Of a stretch of DNA of 64,000 nt, positions 9,945 to 19,413 are shown in pieces. The notes under the pieces were generated by a model that saw nothing but the letters and a program-made list of their open reading frames with translations, did not search any database and had not been told where the DNA came from. The position numbers and the translations under genes are program-made. Location: positions 46,396 through 110,395 of IMG/VR virus record IMGVR_UViG_3300028394_002801; one strand, written 5' to 3'. Positions within the stretch are counted from its first letter, which is position 1. Every line of letters begins with the position of its first letter. Origin of the DNA: a virus.

Positions 9945-12815
9945 ATGGCAAAAAAGAAAATAACAAAAGATGAGGTTTTAGAAATATTGAAATTATATAA
10001 TGGAAGTAATAATTATTTGATTAATATTCGTTATCTATATTTAAACAATCCAAATTTTTCATTGACTGATAGTCAGATTGAGTATATTACATCATTTAGT
10101 GAAACAAAACCAAAGGTTGCAAGAAAATGGGTTGAATTGGATTCTTATTATGCAAAAATGATTGCTGATGATAAGTTATTGGTTAAAATTCCAGAGAAAA
10201 TGTGGGTTGAGAAATTATTGGCTGAAAAGGAGAAATCATATCATATTCTTGGTAGATTTTTTGAAAATGATAACTTAAATCTTTATTGGATTCCAAAGGA
10301 TGCAATTGTTGTGGATAAAACAAATAAGAATGTTGTTGTTGATTATGAAAAGTATTCACATAGAATGCCATTTGAACATCAAAAAGAGGCTATTCAAAAG
10401 TTGCTTGAAAATGATAAGTTTATTTTGGCTGATGACATGGGTTTAGGAAAAGGACTTATAAATTCAACACCTATTTATACCCCAACTGGGGTTAAAAAAA
10501 TATGTGATTTATCTGTTGGTGATAAAGTAATTGGGTCTAATGGTGAATCTTGTATTGTTACTGGAGTATTCCCCCAACCAAAACAAGAAATATATGAAAT
10601 TACTTTTAATGATCATGTTAAAATAAAAACTGATGCTTCACATTTATGGTCAGTATCTTCACCAAATTATAGTAAAAATAGAAAAAATAATAGAATAAAA
10701 AAATCTTTAATTTTATCTACAAAACAAATGTATGAGGGTGGGAAGATAAAAATAAAAGGGAATGGTTATAATAACCAAATGGATTATGAAGTTGAAACTT
10801 TTTATAAAAGTCCTAATGGTAATAACAAATGGCAAATACCTATTGTGAAACCAATTGAATTTTACAATAATGTAGAGTTACCAATAGACCCTTATTTATT
10901 GGGTCTTTGTTTGGGTGATGGGTATTTTAATAAAAATAATACTTGTGTTATTGGAACACACAAAGATGATTTTGACGAATTGCTTGGGTCTTTTGAACTC
11001 AAATCTATAGGTTTTAATAGAGAACTAAAAGAAGGTAGGATACCTTTTGGTAAAATATTAAATGAACTAGAATTACATAATACTCGCTCACACACCAAAT
11101 TCATTCCAGATATATACAAATATTCGTCCATTGAGAACCGCCTTGCTATATTGCAAGGTTTAATGGACACAGATGGTCATTGTATGTTATCCAAAAATGG
11201 GTCATTTCAGGGGACAGAATTTTCAACAGTTTCTGAAAAATTATGTGATGATGTTGCTGAAATTGTCCATACATTAGGTGGTATTTGTAGAAAACGTTCA
11301 AAGCGTGGTTCATATACTAAAAATGGAGTAAAAGTGGAATGTAGGATTGCATATAGGCTTAATATCAAATTATCTAATGATATGAACCCTTTTAGGTTAA
11401 ATAGAAAAGCAACTGCTTATAATCAACCTAAAAAATATTCAGTTGGTAGATATATTAAAAATATTGAGAAAGTGGGGGAAGATTATACAACTTGCATTTC
11501 AGTTGATGCTGATGATAAATTATATGTTACTGAACATTGCATTGTTACGCATAATACAAGTTCAGCAATTGTTGCTTCAATTGAAGCAAAACCAAGTAAA
11601 ACTTTAATTGTTTGCCCAGCAAGTTTAAAACAAAATTGGAAAAGAGAAATTGAAAATTATTCAAACAAAGAAATTTATATTTGTGAGGGAAAAAAATATG
11701 AAGATTCTGCTGATTATGTAATCATTAATTATGATATCATTAAAAACTTTCATTCATTAAAATCAAAAGAAGAAACAATAATCCAAAAGTCAAAATTTGA
11801 TTTGGTTATAATTGATGAATGCCATTATATTAAATCCCCCCAAGCATCGAGAACAAAATTGATAAATGATATTTGCAAAGATATTAATAAAATATGGTTA
11901 TTGACTGGAACGCCATTAACATCAAGACCAATTGATTATTTTAATTTATTATCTTTGGTTGACAGCCCTGTATCAAAAAACTGGATGGCCTATGTTAAAA
12001 GATATTGTGCAGGATATCAGTTTAATGTTGGAATGAATAAGGTATGGAATGTGAACGGTGCGTCAAATTTGGATGAGTTAAGGGAAAGAACATCCCCATT
12101 ATTATTAAGGCGACTAAAAGAGAATGTATTAGATTTACCAGAAAAAATAATAACACCAATTTATTTGAGATTAAAATCAAAAGAATATGAGGATGTTATG
12201 GGGGAGTATTTTGAATGGGTTAAAAATAATCCAAAAGAATCAAAATCATTGAGCGTTCAATTTACAAAGTTAATGAAGGTTAGACAAATAATTGCGGATG
12301 AGAAGATTAAGAGTACCATAGAATTTATTGAGAATACATTGGAGCAAGAGAAGAAGATTATTGTTTTCTCAAATTTTACAAACTCATTAAATAAAATATA
12401 TGAACATTTTAATAAAATTGCGGTTAAATTAGATGGTAGTTCAACAGCAAAACAAAGACATGAGAGTGTTGATGAATTTCAAACAAATGATAAGATAAAG
12501 GTTTTTGTTGGAAACATAAAAGCGGCTGGGGTTGGTATTACATTGACAAGTGCAAATGTTGTTATCTTTAATGATTTATCCTTTGTTCCAGCGGATCATA
12601 GTCAAGCGGAAGATAGGGCATATAGAATTGGACAAAAGAATTCAGTTTCTGTATTATATCCCATATTTGAAAACACCATTGAGGGAATTATATATGATAT
12701 GTTGGATAGAAAGAAAAAGATAATATCAACTATTCTTGGGGATAACTTATTTGAAACTGATACCACAGAAGATATTTTAACCCAGATATTAAATATGAAA
12801 ATAAAAACAAAATAA
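9945..12815 (+). CDS. SNF2/SMARCAL1-like helicase containing an intein
   Basis: LADDMGLGK|T Walker A split by an insertion; DECH, LLTGTP, QAEDRAYRIGQ motifs. Confidence 0.92.
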   Translation: MAKKKITKDEVLEILKLYNGSNNYLINIRYLYLNNPNFSLTDSQIEYITSFSETKPKVARKWVELDSYYAKMIADDKLLVKIPEKMWVEKLLAEKEKSYHILGRFFENDNLNLYWIPKDAIVVDKTNKNVVVDYEKYSHRMPFEHQKEAIQKLLENDKFILADDMGLGKGLINSTPIYTPTGVKKICDLSVGDKVIGSNGESCIVTGVFPQPKQEIYEITFNDHVKIKTDASHLWSVSSPNYSKNRKNNRIKKSLILSTKQMYEGGKIKIKGNGYNNQMDYEVETFYKSPNGNNKWQIPIVKPIEFYNNVELPIDPYLLGLCLGDGYFNKNNTCVIGTHKDDFDELLGSFELKSIGFNRELKEGRIPFGKILNELELHNTRSHTKFIPDIYKYSSIENRLAILQGLMDTDGHCMLSKNGSFQGTEFSTVSEKLCDDVAEIVHTLGGICRKRSKRGSYTKNGVKVECRIAYRLNIKLSNDMNPFRLNRKATAYNQPKKYSVGRYIKNIEKVGEDYTTCISVDADDKLYVTEHCIVTHNTSSAIVASIEAKPSKTLIVCPASLKQNWKREIENYSNKEIYICEGKKYEDSADYVIINYDIIKNFHSLKSKEETIIQKSKFDLVIIDECHYIKSPQASRTKLINDICKDINKIWLLTGTPLTSRPIDYFNLLSLVDSPVSKNWMAYVKRYCAGYQFNVGMNKVWNVNGASNLDELRERTSPLLLRRLKENVLDLPEKIITPIYLRLKSKEYEDVMGEYFEWVKNNPKESKSLSVQFTKLMKVRQIIADEKIKSTIEFIENTLEQEKKIIVFSNFTNSLNKIYEHFNKIAVKLDGSSTAKQRHESVDEFQTNDKIKVFVGNIKAAGVGITLTSANVVIFNDLSFVPADHSQAEDRAYRIGQKNSVSVLYPIFENTIEGIIYDMLDRKKKIISTILGDNLFETDTTEDILTQILNMKIKTK
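10452..11555 (+). mobile_element. Intein (368 aa) with LAGLIDADG homing endonuclease; Gly1, class-3 WCT signature
   Basis: Inserted in the P-loop GLGK/T and ends ...IVTHN/T. PYLLGLCLGDG and LQGLMDTDG are LAGLIDADG motifs. Class-3 positions: HLW, TTCISV, VTHN. Confidence 0.9.
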
Positions 12816-12817
12816 TA

Positions 12818-12848
12818 TTTGTTTTTTGGTTAAATTATTTTACCTTTG
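12818..12848 (+). promoter_or_regulatory. Bacteroidota-type primary-sigma promoter
   Basis: TTTG (12818-21), 19-bp spacer, TACCTTTG (12841-48) matches the -33 TTTG / -7 TAnnTTTG consensus. Confidence 0.7.
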
Positions 12849-12887
12849 CAGAATATTTATTACTTGAAACAAAAAAAAACAAATAAA

Positions 12888-13118
12888 ATGAAATTACACG
12901 TAATTAAAACCTCGGATTTGCAAAATTTTATTGTTGAGAAGCACAGAGAAATTCTCAATGATATGAATTCATTTGAAAAAAATGGTGCAATACTTGCACA
13001 GAAAATGGAAAACTTAAATTGTAAAATTGAATTGCTTGAAGATTTTACCAAGTTCATTGGTGAGAATGATGGTAGTTTTGTATTTGATAATGAATTTTTT
13101 GAAAATGAGTGCCATTAG
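12888..13118 (+). CDS. Hypothetical protein
   Basis: ATG at 12888 after an A-rich leader, downstream of the promoter; the ORF track starts it at 12846. Confidence 0.6.
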   Translation: MKLHVIKTSDLQNFIVEKHREILNDMNSFEKNGAILAQKMENLNCKIELLEDFTKFIGENDGSFVFDNEFFENECH

Positions 13119-13124
13119 CACTCA

Positions 13125-13595
13125 TTAAACCATTATGTTTTTATGAACTTTGCAATTTCTTTCCTCTAATTGTGCTTTTATTTCTTTTACTGTATAACGA
13201 CCTAATGGTGAGCCTTTCAACCAAATACTATTTTTAACTTCCATTCCAATAGGAAATTCTTTTATCCCAGTTCTTTGTATAGATAAGGCACCCCCAACAT
13301 ATAGGTTATCTGGTAAAGATTTTAAATCCCTACAATCATACAAAAGTAAATCATCACCAACTATAAGTTTTTCTGGTAATTCTGTTATTGTTGAAAAACT
13401 TAAATCTAAGTAGTCAGTGACTTCTAAAATTTTTGGTAATTTAGTTATCAATTCACCATACAACTCTAATGCTCCCTTGTGAAAATACTTTTCAGGTATT
13501 GACTCAATGTCATGCAATAATATCCATTTTAATGATAATTTGTCTTCCTCTGATTTTAGGAAATCCATTATTCTTTTTATTGTTGTTTTATCCAT
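13125..13595 (-). CDS. LRR-like repeat protein (array member 7, divergent)
   Basis: 4 repeats of xLxLxxxxIxxLPxxLxVxG with N- and C-caps. Confidence 0.85.
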   Translation of the reverse strand: MDKTTIKRIMDFLKSEEDKLSLKWILLHDIESIPEKYFHKGALELYGELITKLPKILEVTDYLDLSFSTITELPEKLIVGDDLLLYDCRDLKSLPDNLYVGGALSIQRTGIKEFPIGMEVKNSIWLKGSPLGRYTVKEIKAQLEERNCKVHKNIMV

Positions 13596-14253
13596 TATCT
13601 TCTCTTATTATATCCCCATTTATATAACCATCTGGTTCTATCATACTTAATATGGCTTCATCTGAAATTTTTGCTAATGGGTTATTTTCAATAGATAAAT
13701 CACCATCAACTTGTAAGCCTTTTGGTAATGTGTTTATCATTGTGTGATCTAAATACAAATTCTCCCCAACTTCCAATCCTTCTGGTAATGAGGTTATTTT
13801 TGTATTGTATAGACTTAAATAGCCACCAACTTTCAAATTGTTAGGTAGTGAAGTCAAGTCTGTACAATAACCCAAATCCAAACCACCATCAACATTTAAG
13901 TCTTTTGGTAATGATTTTATTTTTAAAGCGACTAATTTAAAATCACCACCAACATATAAACCTTTTGGGATTTGTTTTATACTTGTACCTTCCAAATCCA
14001 AATCACCACCAACATATAAGTTATCTGGTAAATATTTTAAATGTTTACAACTTGATAAATTCAAATTATCCTCCACCTTTAATCCTTCTGGTATGTAAGT
14101 TATATTTTCTTCAAATAAATCCAAATCACCTTTAATGTTTAATTCATCATCTGTAAATGTTTCATTATTCATTAATTTCCAAACAAATGGTTTATTTTTA
14201 TTCTCTTTTTCTTCAAGAAAATCAAATATGTTTTTCAATGTGGTATTATCCAT
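13588..14253 (-). CDS. LRR-like repeat protein (array member 6)
   Basis: 7 LPxGLxVGG repeats. Confidence 0.88.
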   Translation of the reverse strand: MDNTTLKNIFDFLEEKENKNKPFVWKLMNNETFTDDELNIKGDLDLFEENITYIPEGLKVEDNLNLSSCKHLKYLPDNLYVGGDLDLEGTSIKQIPKGLYVGGDFKLVALKIKSLPKDLNVDGGLDLGYCTDLTSLPNNLKVGGYLSLYNTKITSLPEGLEVGENLYLDHTMINTLPKGLQVDGDLSIENNPLAKISDEAILSMIEPDGYINGDIIREDNG

Positions 14254-14255
14254 TA

Positions 14256-14783
14256 TTATCTTATTATATTTCCTTTTATAAATCCTGGCTCAATCATTTT
14301 TCTTAATTGATCATTTGAATATATTATTAATTCTGTTCCTCTTATATTCAAATCACCACCAACTTTCAATCCTTTTGATAATGATTTTAAATTTTTGCAC
14401 ATTATTAAATATAAATTCCTGCCAACATATAATCCTTCTGGTAATGATGTTATTTTTGTATAATCTAAATGCAAATCCTCCCCAACTTTCAATCCTTCTG
14501 GTAATGAGGTTATTTTTGAAAATGATAAATCCAAACTCCCCCCAACTTTCAATTCTTCTGGTAATGAGGCTATTTTTGAATACTCTAAAATCAAATTACC
14601 CCAAACTTTTAAACCTTCTGGTAATGAAGTTATTTTTGAATTTCTTAAATATAAATTGCCTTCAAAATTCAAATCTTCTTTTGTTAATGGAATATTATTT
14701 GATGCTTTCCAAATAAAAGGTATTTTATGTTCTCCTTTTTCTTCAAGAAAATCTAATATGTTTTTCAATGTGGTATTATCCAT
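14256..14783 (-). CDS. LRR-like repeat protein (array member 5)
   Basis: 5 repeats. Confidence 0.88.
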   Translation of the reverse strand: MDNTTLKNILDFLEEKGEHKIPFIWKASNNIPLTKEDLNFEGNLYLRNSKITSLPEGLKVWGNLILEYSKIASLPEELKVGGSLDLSFSKITSLPEGLKVGEDLHLDYTKITSLPEGLYVGRNLYLIMCKNLKSLSKGLKVGGDLNIRGTELIIYSNDQLRKMIEPGFIKGNIIR

Positions 14784-14785
14784 TA

Positions 14786-15205
14786 TTATCTTATTATATC
14801 TCCTTTTATAAATCCTGGATCAATCATTTCTCTTAATTGTTCATCTGAATATTTTGTTAAGGCTGTACCTTCAATCTGTAAGTCATCCCCAACTTCTAAC
14901 CCTTTTGGTAATGAGGTCACACTTGAATGATTCAAACTCAAAATACCTCCAACTTTCAATCCTTCTGGTAAAGATGTTAAATGTTTACACATAAATAAAT
15001 ATAAAAACCCACCAACTTTCAATCCTTTTGGTAAGGATGTAATTTTTGTAAATGATAAATGCAAATTACCTTTTTGATTTAACTCTTCTTTTGTTAAGGG
15101 GTATCCAAATCTTAATTTCCAAACAAGATTATCTCTTTCTGAATGTTTTTTGTTTTCTTTTTCTTCAAGAAAATCTAATATTTTTTTTATTGTGTTATTA
15201 TCCAT
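14786..15205 (-). CDS. LRR-like repeat protein (array member 4)
   Basis: 3 repeats. Confidence 0.88.
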   Translation of the reverse strand: MDNNTIKKILDFLEEKENKKHSERDNLVWKLRFGYPLTKEELNQKGNLHLSFTKITSLPKGLKVGGFLYLFMCKHLTSLPEGLKVGGILSLNHSSVTSLPKGLEVGDDLQIEGTALTKYSDEQLREMIDPGFIKGDIIR

Positions 15206-15852
15206 TATAATCTTATTATACTACGTGTTATAAATCCTGGCTCAATCATTTTCATTAATTTCTCATCTGAATATCTTGTTAATCGAGTCTGACTTATTTG
15301 CAAAGTACCTCCAACTTTTAATCCTTTTGGTAATGTCTTTATGGTGCTGAAAGACAAATATATACTACCACCAACTTCCAATCCTTCTGGTAATGATTTT
15401 ATTTTTGTACCAAACAAACTCAACTGACCTTTAACTTGTAATCCATTTGGTAATGATGTTATTTTGGTATTACTCAAATCCAAACTACCTTTAACTTTCA
15501 ATCCTTCTGGTAATGCCTTTATGAGGCTGTCATTCAAAAATATACTACCACCAACTTCCAATCCTTTTGGTAATGATGTTATTTTGGTACCACTCAAATT
15601 CAAACTACCTTTAACTTTCAATCCTTCTGGTAATGAGGCTATTTCTGAATCCTCTAAAATCAAATCACCCCAAACTTTTAATCCTTCTGGTAATGAGGTT
15701 ATATTTGAATGCCTTAAATCCAAATTACCATTAACATTTAAGTCTTCTTCTGTTAATGGTATATTATTTGATACTTTCCACATAAAAGGCGTTCTATGTT
15801 CTCCTTTATCTTCAAGGAATTTAAATATGTTTTTTAGTGTTGTATTATCCAT
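15205..15852 (-). CDS. LRR-like repeat protein (array member 3)
   Basis: 7 repeats. Confidence 0.88.
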   Translation of the reverse strand: MDNTTLKNIFKFLEDKGEHRTPFMWKVSNNIPLTEEDLNVNGNLDLRHSNITSLPEGLKVWGDLILEDSEIASLPEGLKVKGSLNLSGTKITSLPKGLEVGGSIFLNDSLIKALPEGLKVKGSLDLSNTKITSLPNGLQVKGQLSLFGTKIKSLPEGLEVGGSIYLSFSTIKTLPKGLKVGGTLQISQTRLTRYSDEKLMKMIEPGFITRSIIRL

Positions 15853-15853
15853 A

Positions 15854-16636
15854 CTAATATTTTCTCATTATATCTCCGTTTATAAATCCTGGCTTAATCA
15901 TTTCTCTTATTTCATCATCTGAATAATCCTCAATAGAAGACATAGATATATATAAATCCCCACCAACTTTTAATCCTTTTGGTAATGATGTTAAACTTTC
16001 GCAATCCATTAAATTCAACCGACCCTTAACTTCCAATCCTTCTGGTAATGAGGTTATATTTGTTTTTGACAAAGTAAAATTAAGCCCAACCTTCAAACCT
16101 TGTGGTAATGATTGTATATTCTTACAATTGAGTAAAGATAAATGACCTCCAACTTTCAATCCTTCTGGTAATGAGGTTAATTTTTGACAAGCAGATAAAT
16201 CTAAATTGCCACCAATTTTTAATCCTTTTGGTAATGATTTTATTTGAGAAGCAAACAAATTCAAATCACCTGTAATACTAAATCCTTCTGGTAATGAGGT
16301 TATTTTTGAATTTGATAAATCCAATTCGCCACTAACTTTCAACCCTTTGGGTAATGAGGTTATTTCAGTTTTTCTTAAACTCAACCAACCCCTAACATTT
16401 AACCCTTCTGGTAGTGATTTTATTTTTGTATTAGACAAAGCCAAGTCGCCATTAATTTTCAATAATCCTTCTGGTAATGACATAATATTTGTATGTGATA
16501 AGTCAAAAGTACCTTTACCATTAAAATCATCAACTGTTAATGGTATATTATTTAATACTTTCCATTTAATTGGTATTTTATGTTCTCCTTTATCTTCAAT
16601 GAATTTAAATATGTTTTTTAGTGTGTTATTATCCAT
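15854..16636 (-). CDS. LRR-like repeat protein (array member 2)
   Basis: 9 repeats. Confidence 0.88.
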   Translation of the reverse strand: MDNNTLKNIFKFIEDKGEHKIPIKWKVLNNIPLTVDDFNGKGTFDLSHTNIMSLPEGLLKINGDLALSNTKIKSLPEGLNVRGWLSLRKTEITSLPKGLKVSGELDLSNSKITSLPEGFSITGDLNLFASQIKSLPKGLKIGGNLDLSACQKLTSLPEGLKVGGHLSLLNCKNIQSLPQGLKVGLNFTLSKTNITSLPEGLEVKGRLNLMDCESLTSLPKGLKVGGDLYISMSSIEDYSDDEIREMIKPGFINGDIMRKY

Positions 16637-17115
16637 TATCTATATATTTTTCCTTTTATAAATCCAGGTGCAATCATATTTCTAATTTCACTTATTTTAT
16701 ATTTTTGTAATGCCGCACTAGGACGTAATTCACCTCCAAGTTCCAAACCTTTTGGTAATAAGGATATTTCTGTATTTCTTAAATCCAAATTACCCCCAAC
16801 TTTCAATCCTTCTGGTAAAGAAGTTAATTTTTCAGCCCAATTTAAATCCAAATTACCACCAACTTCTAATCCTTTTGGGAGGGTGGATAAATGTTCAGTA
16901 TGACTTAAATTTAAATCACCTTTAACTTTTAAACCTTCTGGTAGTGATACTATATCTGAAAGTTTTAAATTAAAATCACCCTCAACTTCTAAATCTTCTT
17001 TTGTTAATTGGTAGCCAAGTCTATATTTCCAAATAAAGGTATCTTTATCTTTATGTTTTTTGTTTTCTTCCTTTTCAAGAAAATCAAGTATTTTTATTAG
17101 TGTTGATTTATCCAT
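16636..17115 (-). CDS. LRR-like repeat protein (array member 1)
   Basis: 4 repeats; shared C-cap PGFIKGKI. Confidence 0.88.
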   Translation of the reverse strand: MDKSTLIKILDFLEKEENKKHKDKDTFIWKYRLGYQLTKEDLEVEGDFNLKLSDIVSLPEGLKVKGDLNLSHTEHLSTLPKGLEVGGNLDLNWAEKLTSLPEGLKVGGNLDLRNTEISLLPKGLELGGELRPSAALQKYKISEIRNMIAPGFIKGKIYR

Positions 17116-17121
17116 TATCTA

Positions 17122-17142
17122 AATATTTATCTTATAAATATA
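17122..17142. promoter_or_regulatory. Back-to-back ATATTTAT motifs serving the divergent LRR array and SOD
   Basis: aatatttat on + (17122-30) and tatatttata on - (17133-42) in a 34-bp intergenic gap. Confidence 0.5.
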
Positions 17143-17149
17143 ATAACTA

Positions 17150-17851
17150 ATGAAAATACTTGAAACAATCAAAGAAGAAATAATATCAAGAATACACAAA
17201 AACAATGTTAATTTTTTAATCAATGAGATGAAAAAGGTTGGAATTGAAAAACTACCTTATTCATATGCCTCATTAAAACCTTTTATTGATGAAAAAACAA
17301 TGGATATTCATTACAACAAACATTATAAAGGTTATGTTGATAAATTGAATAAAGCATTAAAAAATAATAAATCAAATTATGATTTAAAACAGATAATAAC
17401 AAATATAAGCAAATTCAATAAAACAATTAGGAATAATGCTGGTGGAGCATTTAATCACGCTTTATTCTGGAATATGCTATCACCCACCAAAAAGAATATA
17501 CCAAAAGAATTAAAAGATAAGATAATAAAAAGTTTTGGCTCAATTAATTCATTTAAAACAAAATTTGAAGAAAAAGCAAAAAGTCATTTTGGATCAGGAT
17601 GGGTCTGGCTTATTCTAACAAAGAATAATACATTAAAAATTATCACCACCCCAAACCAAGATAATCCCCTTATGAATGTCATTAAAGGTGGGGGATTTCC
17701 AATATTGGGATTGGATTTATGGGAACATGCCTATTATCTCAAATACCAAAACAAAAGAGATGAGTATATACATAACTTCTGGAATTATATAAATTGGGAT
17801 TTTGTTCTTGAATTATATGATAATGCAAATAATAATGAGCCAAAAGAGTAA
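17150..17851 (+). CDS. sod: Fe/Mn superoxide dismutase with N-terminal extension
   Basis: LPYSYASLKP, HYNKHY, NNAGGAFNHALFW, FGSGWVWL, DLWEHAYY. Confidence 0.95.
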   Translation: MKILETIKEEIISRIHKNNVNFLINEMKKVGIEKLPYSYASLKPFIDEKTMDIHYNKHYKGYVDKLNKALKNNKSNYDLKQIITNISKFNKTIRNNAGGAFNHALFWNMLSPTKKNIPKELKDKIIKSFGSINSFKTKFEEKAKSHFGSGWVWLILTKNNTLKIITTPNQDNPLMNVIKGGGFPILGLDLWEHAYYLKYQNKRDEYIHNFWNYINWDFVLELYDNANNNEPKE

Positions 17852-17878
17852 TTTCTTATATTTATATATAAAAGAAAT

Positions 17879-18997
17879 ATGTCAGTAATAGCCGAGCCAG
17901 AAAGAACGCAAATTTACACAAGAATTCGTCATTTACTTGGTGCACCATTAAGGGGTGTTGAGATAACTGATGAAATGATGGATTCCTTAATGGAATTATC
18001 CGTTCAAGATTATGAACAATATATGCTTGATTGGCTAACCGAATCCCAATGGGTTAATTTGGTTAATCTTAATATGAGCGAAAAATCTGTTGCAAATGCT
18101 TTAATTACAAGAACAATGGATTTTGAAAAGCAATATGAATATGCTTATTCAAAAATTGTTGGATTGCAAACTGGGGGTCCTTGGGTTTTGCAAAAAGATT
18201 ACATCACATTGGAAGCCAACCAACAATTATATGAAATCCCAGCAGGAAGAGAGGTGAATGAATTATTATGGTATAGCAATCAAGCATTTAGTGCATTTGG
18301 TTTAGGTGGTGCTGGTGGATTTGGATTTGGTGGTATTGGATTGGGCGCATCAGATGCTGGTTTTGCCCAAATGGGGAATACAGGATCCTATTTTATGATG
18401 TCAGGTTTTGATTATTTACTTAGAATGCAAAGTGCAAATGTATTAACAAGGATATTAGGTGGAGCATTAACTTATAGAATTACAGGATTGCCAGATGGAA
18501 AAAAAGCAATCCATATATATAATACACCAGGTGGCAAATTTAACTGGGGAAATTACTCCTCATATGTTGGAAAACAAATTTGGTATTGGTATTATGATGT
18601 GGATGGTGATAGCCGTGGAAAGTGTTTGGAAGATAACCCAGATATTATTAAATTACCATCAGATGTTCCATTTACTGAATTAACTTGGGACAAGTTAAAC
18701 CAACCAGCAAAACATTGGGTGAGAAGGTGGTTTACGGCTTACGTAAAAGAGAGTTTGGGTAGAGTTAGGGGAAAGTATAGTGGAAATATAAAAGCACCTG
18801 ATGCAGAGTTAAAATTGGATTACGAATCACTAATAACTGAAGGTAAAGATGAAAAGTCAAAACTTATTGAAGAATTAATGACAAGATTAGAAAGGCTAAG
18901 ACCTGAAAAACAAATGGAAAAAGAAGCATTACTTGCAGAAAGTTTAAATAAGCAATTAAAGTTTAATGCAATGCCAAGGCAAATTTATGTGATTTAA
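17879..18997 (+). CDS. Neck protein (T4 gp13-like)
   Basis: IRHLLGAPLRGVEIT...WVRRWFTAYVKESLGRVRGKYS...EGKDEK pattern. Confidence 0.7.
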   Translation: MSVIAEPERTQIYTRIRHLLGAPLRGVEITDEMMDSLMELSVQDYEQYMLDWLTESQWVNLVNLNMSEKSVANALITRTMDFEKQYEYAYSKIVGLQTGGPWVLQKDYITLEANQQLYEIPAGREVNELLWYSNQAFSAFGLGGAGGFGFGGIGLGASDAGFAQMGNTGSYFMMSGFDYLLRMQSANVLTRILGGALTYRITGLPDGKKAIHIYNTPGGKFNWGNYSSYVGKQIWYWYYDVDGDSRGKCLEDNPDIIKLPSDVPFTELTWDKLNQPAKHWVRRWFTAYVKESLGRVRGKYSGNIKAPDAELKLDYESLITEGKDEKSKLIEELMTRLERLRPEKQMEKEALLAESLNKQLKFNAMPRQIYVI

Positions 18998-19041
18998 ATT
19001 TGATTATTAAAAATTTTAAATTATATTTTAAATAAAAAATT

Positions 19042-19374
19042 ATGGCAGTAATAAAAACAATACCAATTCAGAAGGTCATAAACGGTACATTTGTTAATAC
19101 ATCAGATATCTCCATTGTATCAGAAGCAGAATATTCTACATCTGGGGAAGGTTTTATTATTGTTAGAGCAATACCCCAGTGCAGGTTAATATTAAATTCT
19201 AAAAATACAGATAATGTAATTGTGAAAGCAATGACAAATGTTATTGTTGTTCCAGACAGCAATAAAATTGATGAAGAGTATGATGAAATTTCATTAGAGA
19301 AAGGTGCTTGTGTTGAATTTAAGCACTGTTCTGGGACTTGGTATATTATTAGTTCAGATGGGCTAAAAGGATAA
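19042..19374 (+). CDS. Hypothetical beta-rich protein
   Basis: Clean ORF followed by a terminator. Confidence 0.6.
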   Translation: MAVIKTIPIQKVINGTFVNTSDISIVSEAEYSTSGEGFIIVRAIPQCRLILNSKNTDNVIVKAMTNVIVVPDSNKIDEEYDEISLEKGACVEFKHCSGTWYIISSDGLKG

Positions 19375-19409
19375 AAAAACCCCCAATCTAATTAAGGTTG
19401 GGGGTTTTT
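19375..19409. terminator. Bidirectional intrinsic terminator
   Basis: aaaaacccccaatct-aatta-aggttgggggttttt between convergent genes. Confidence 0.85.
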
Positions 19410-19413
19410 AATT

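Noticed and set aside
13125-17115. CRISPR-like array (conserved ~25-bp repeat every 60-63 bp with variable spacers)
   Set aside because: The period equals the 20/21-codon protein repeat, the repeats vary at synonymous positions, all lie in open frames, and no cas genes are present.
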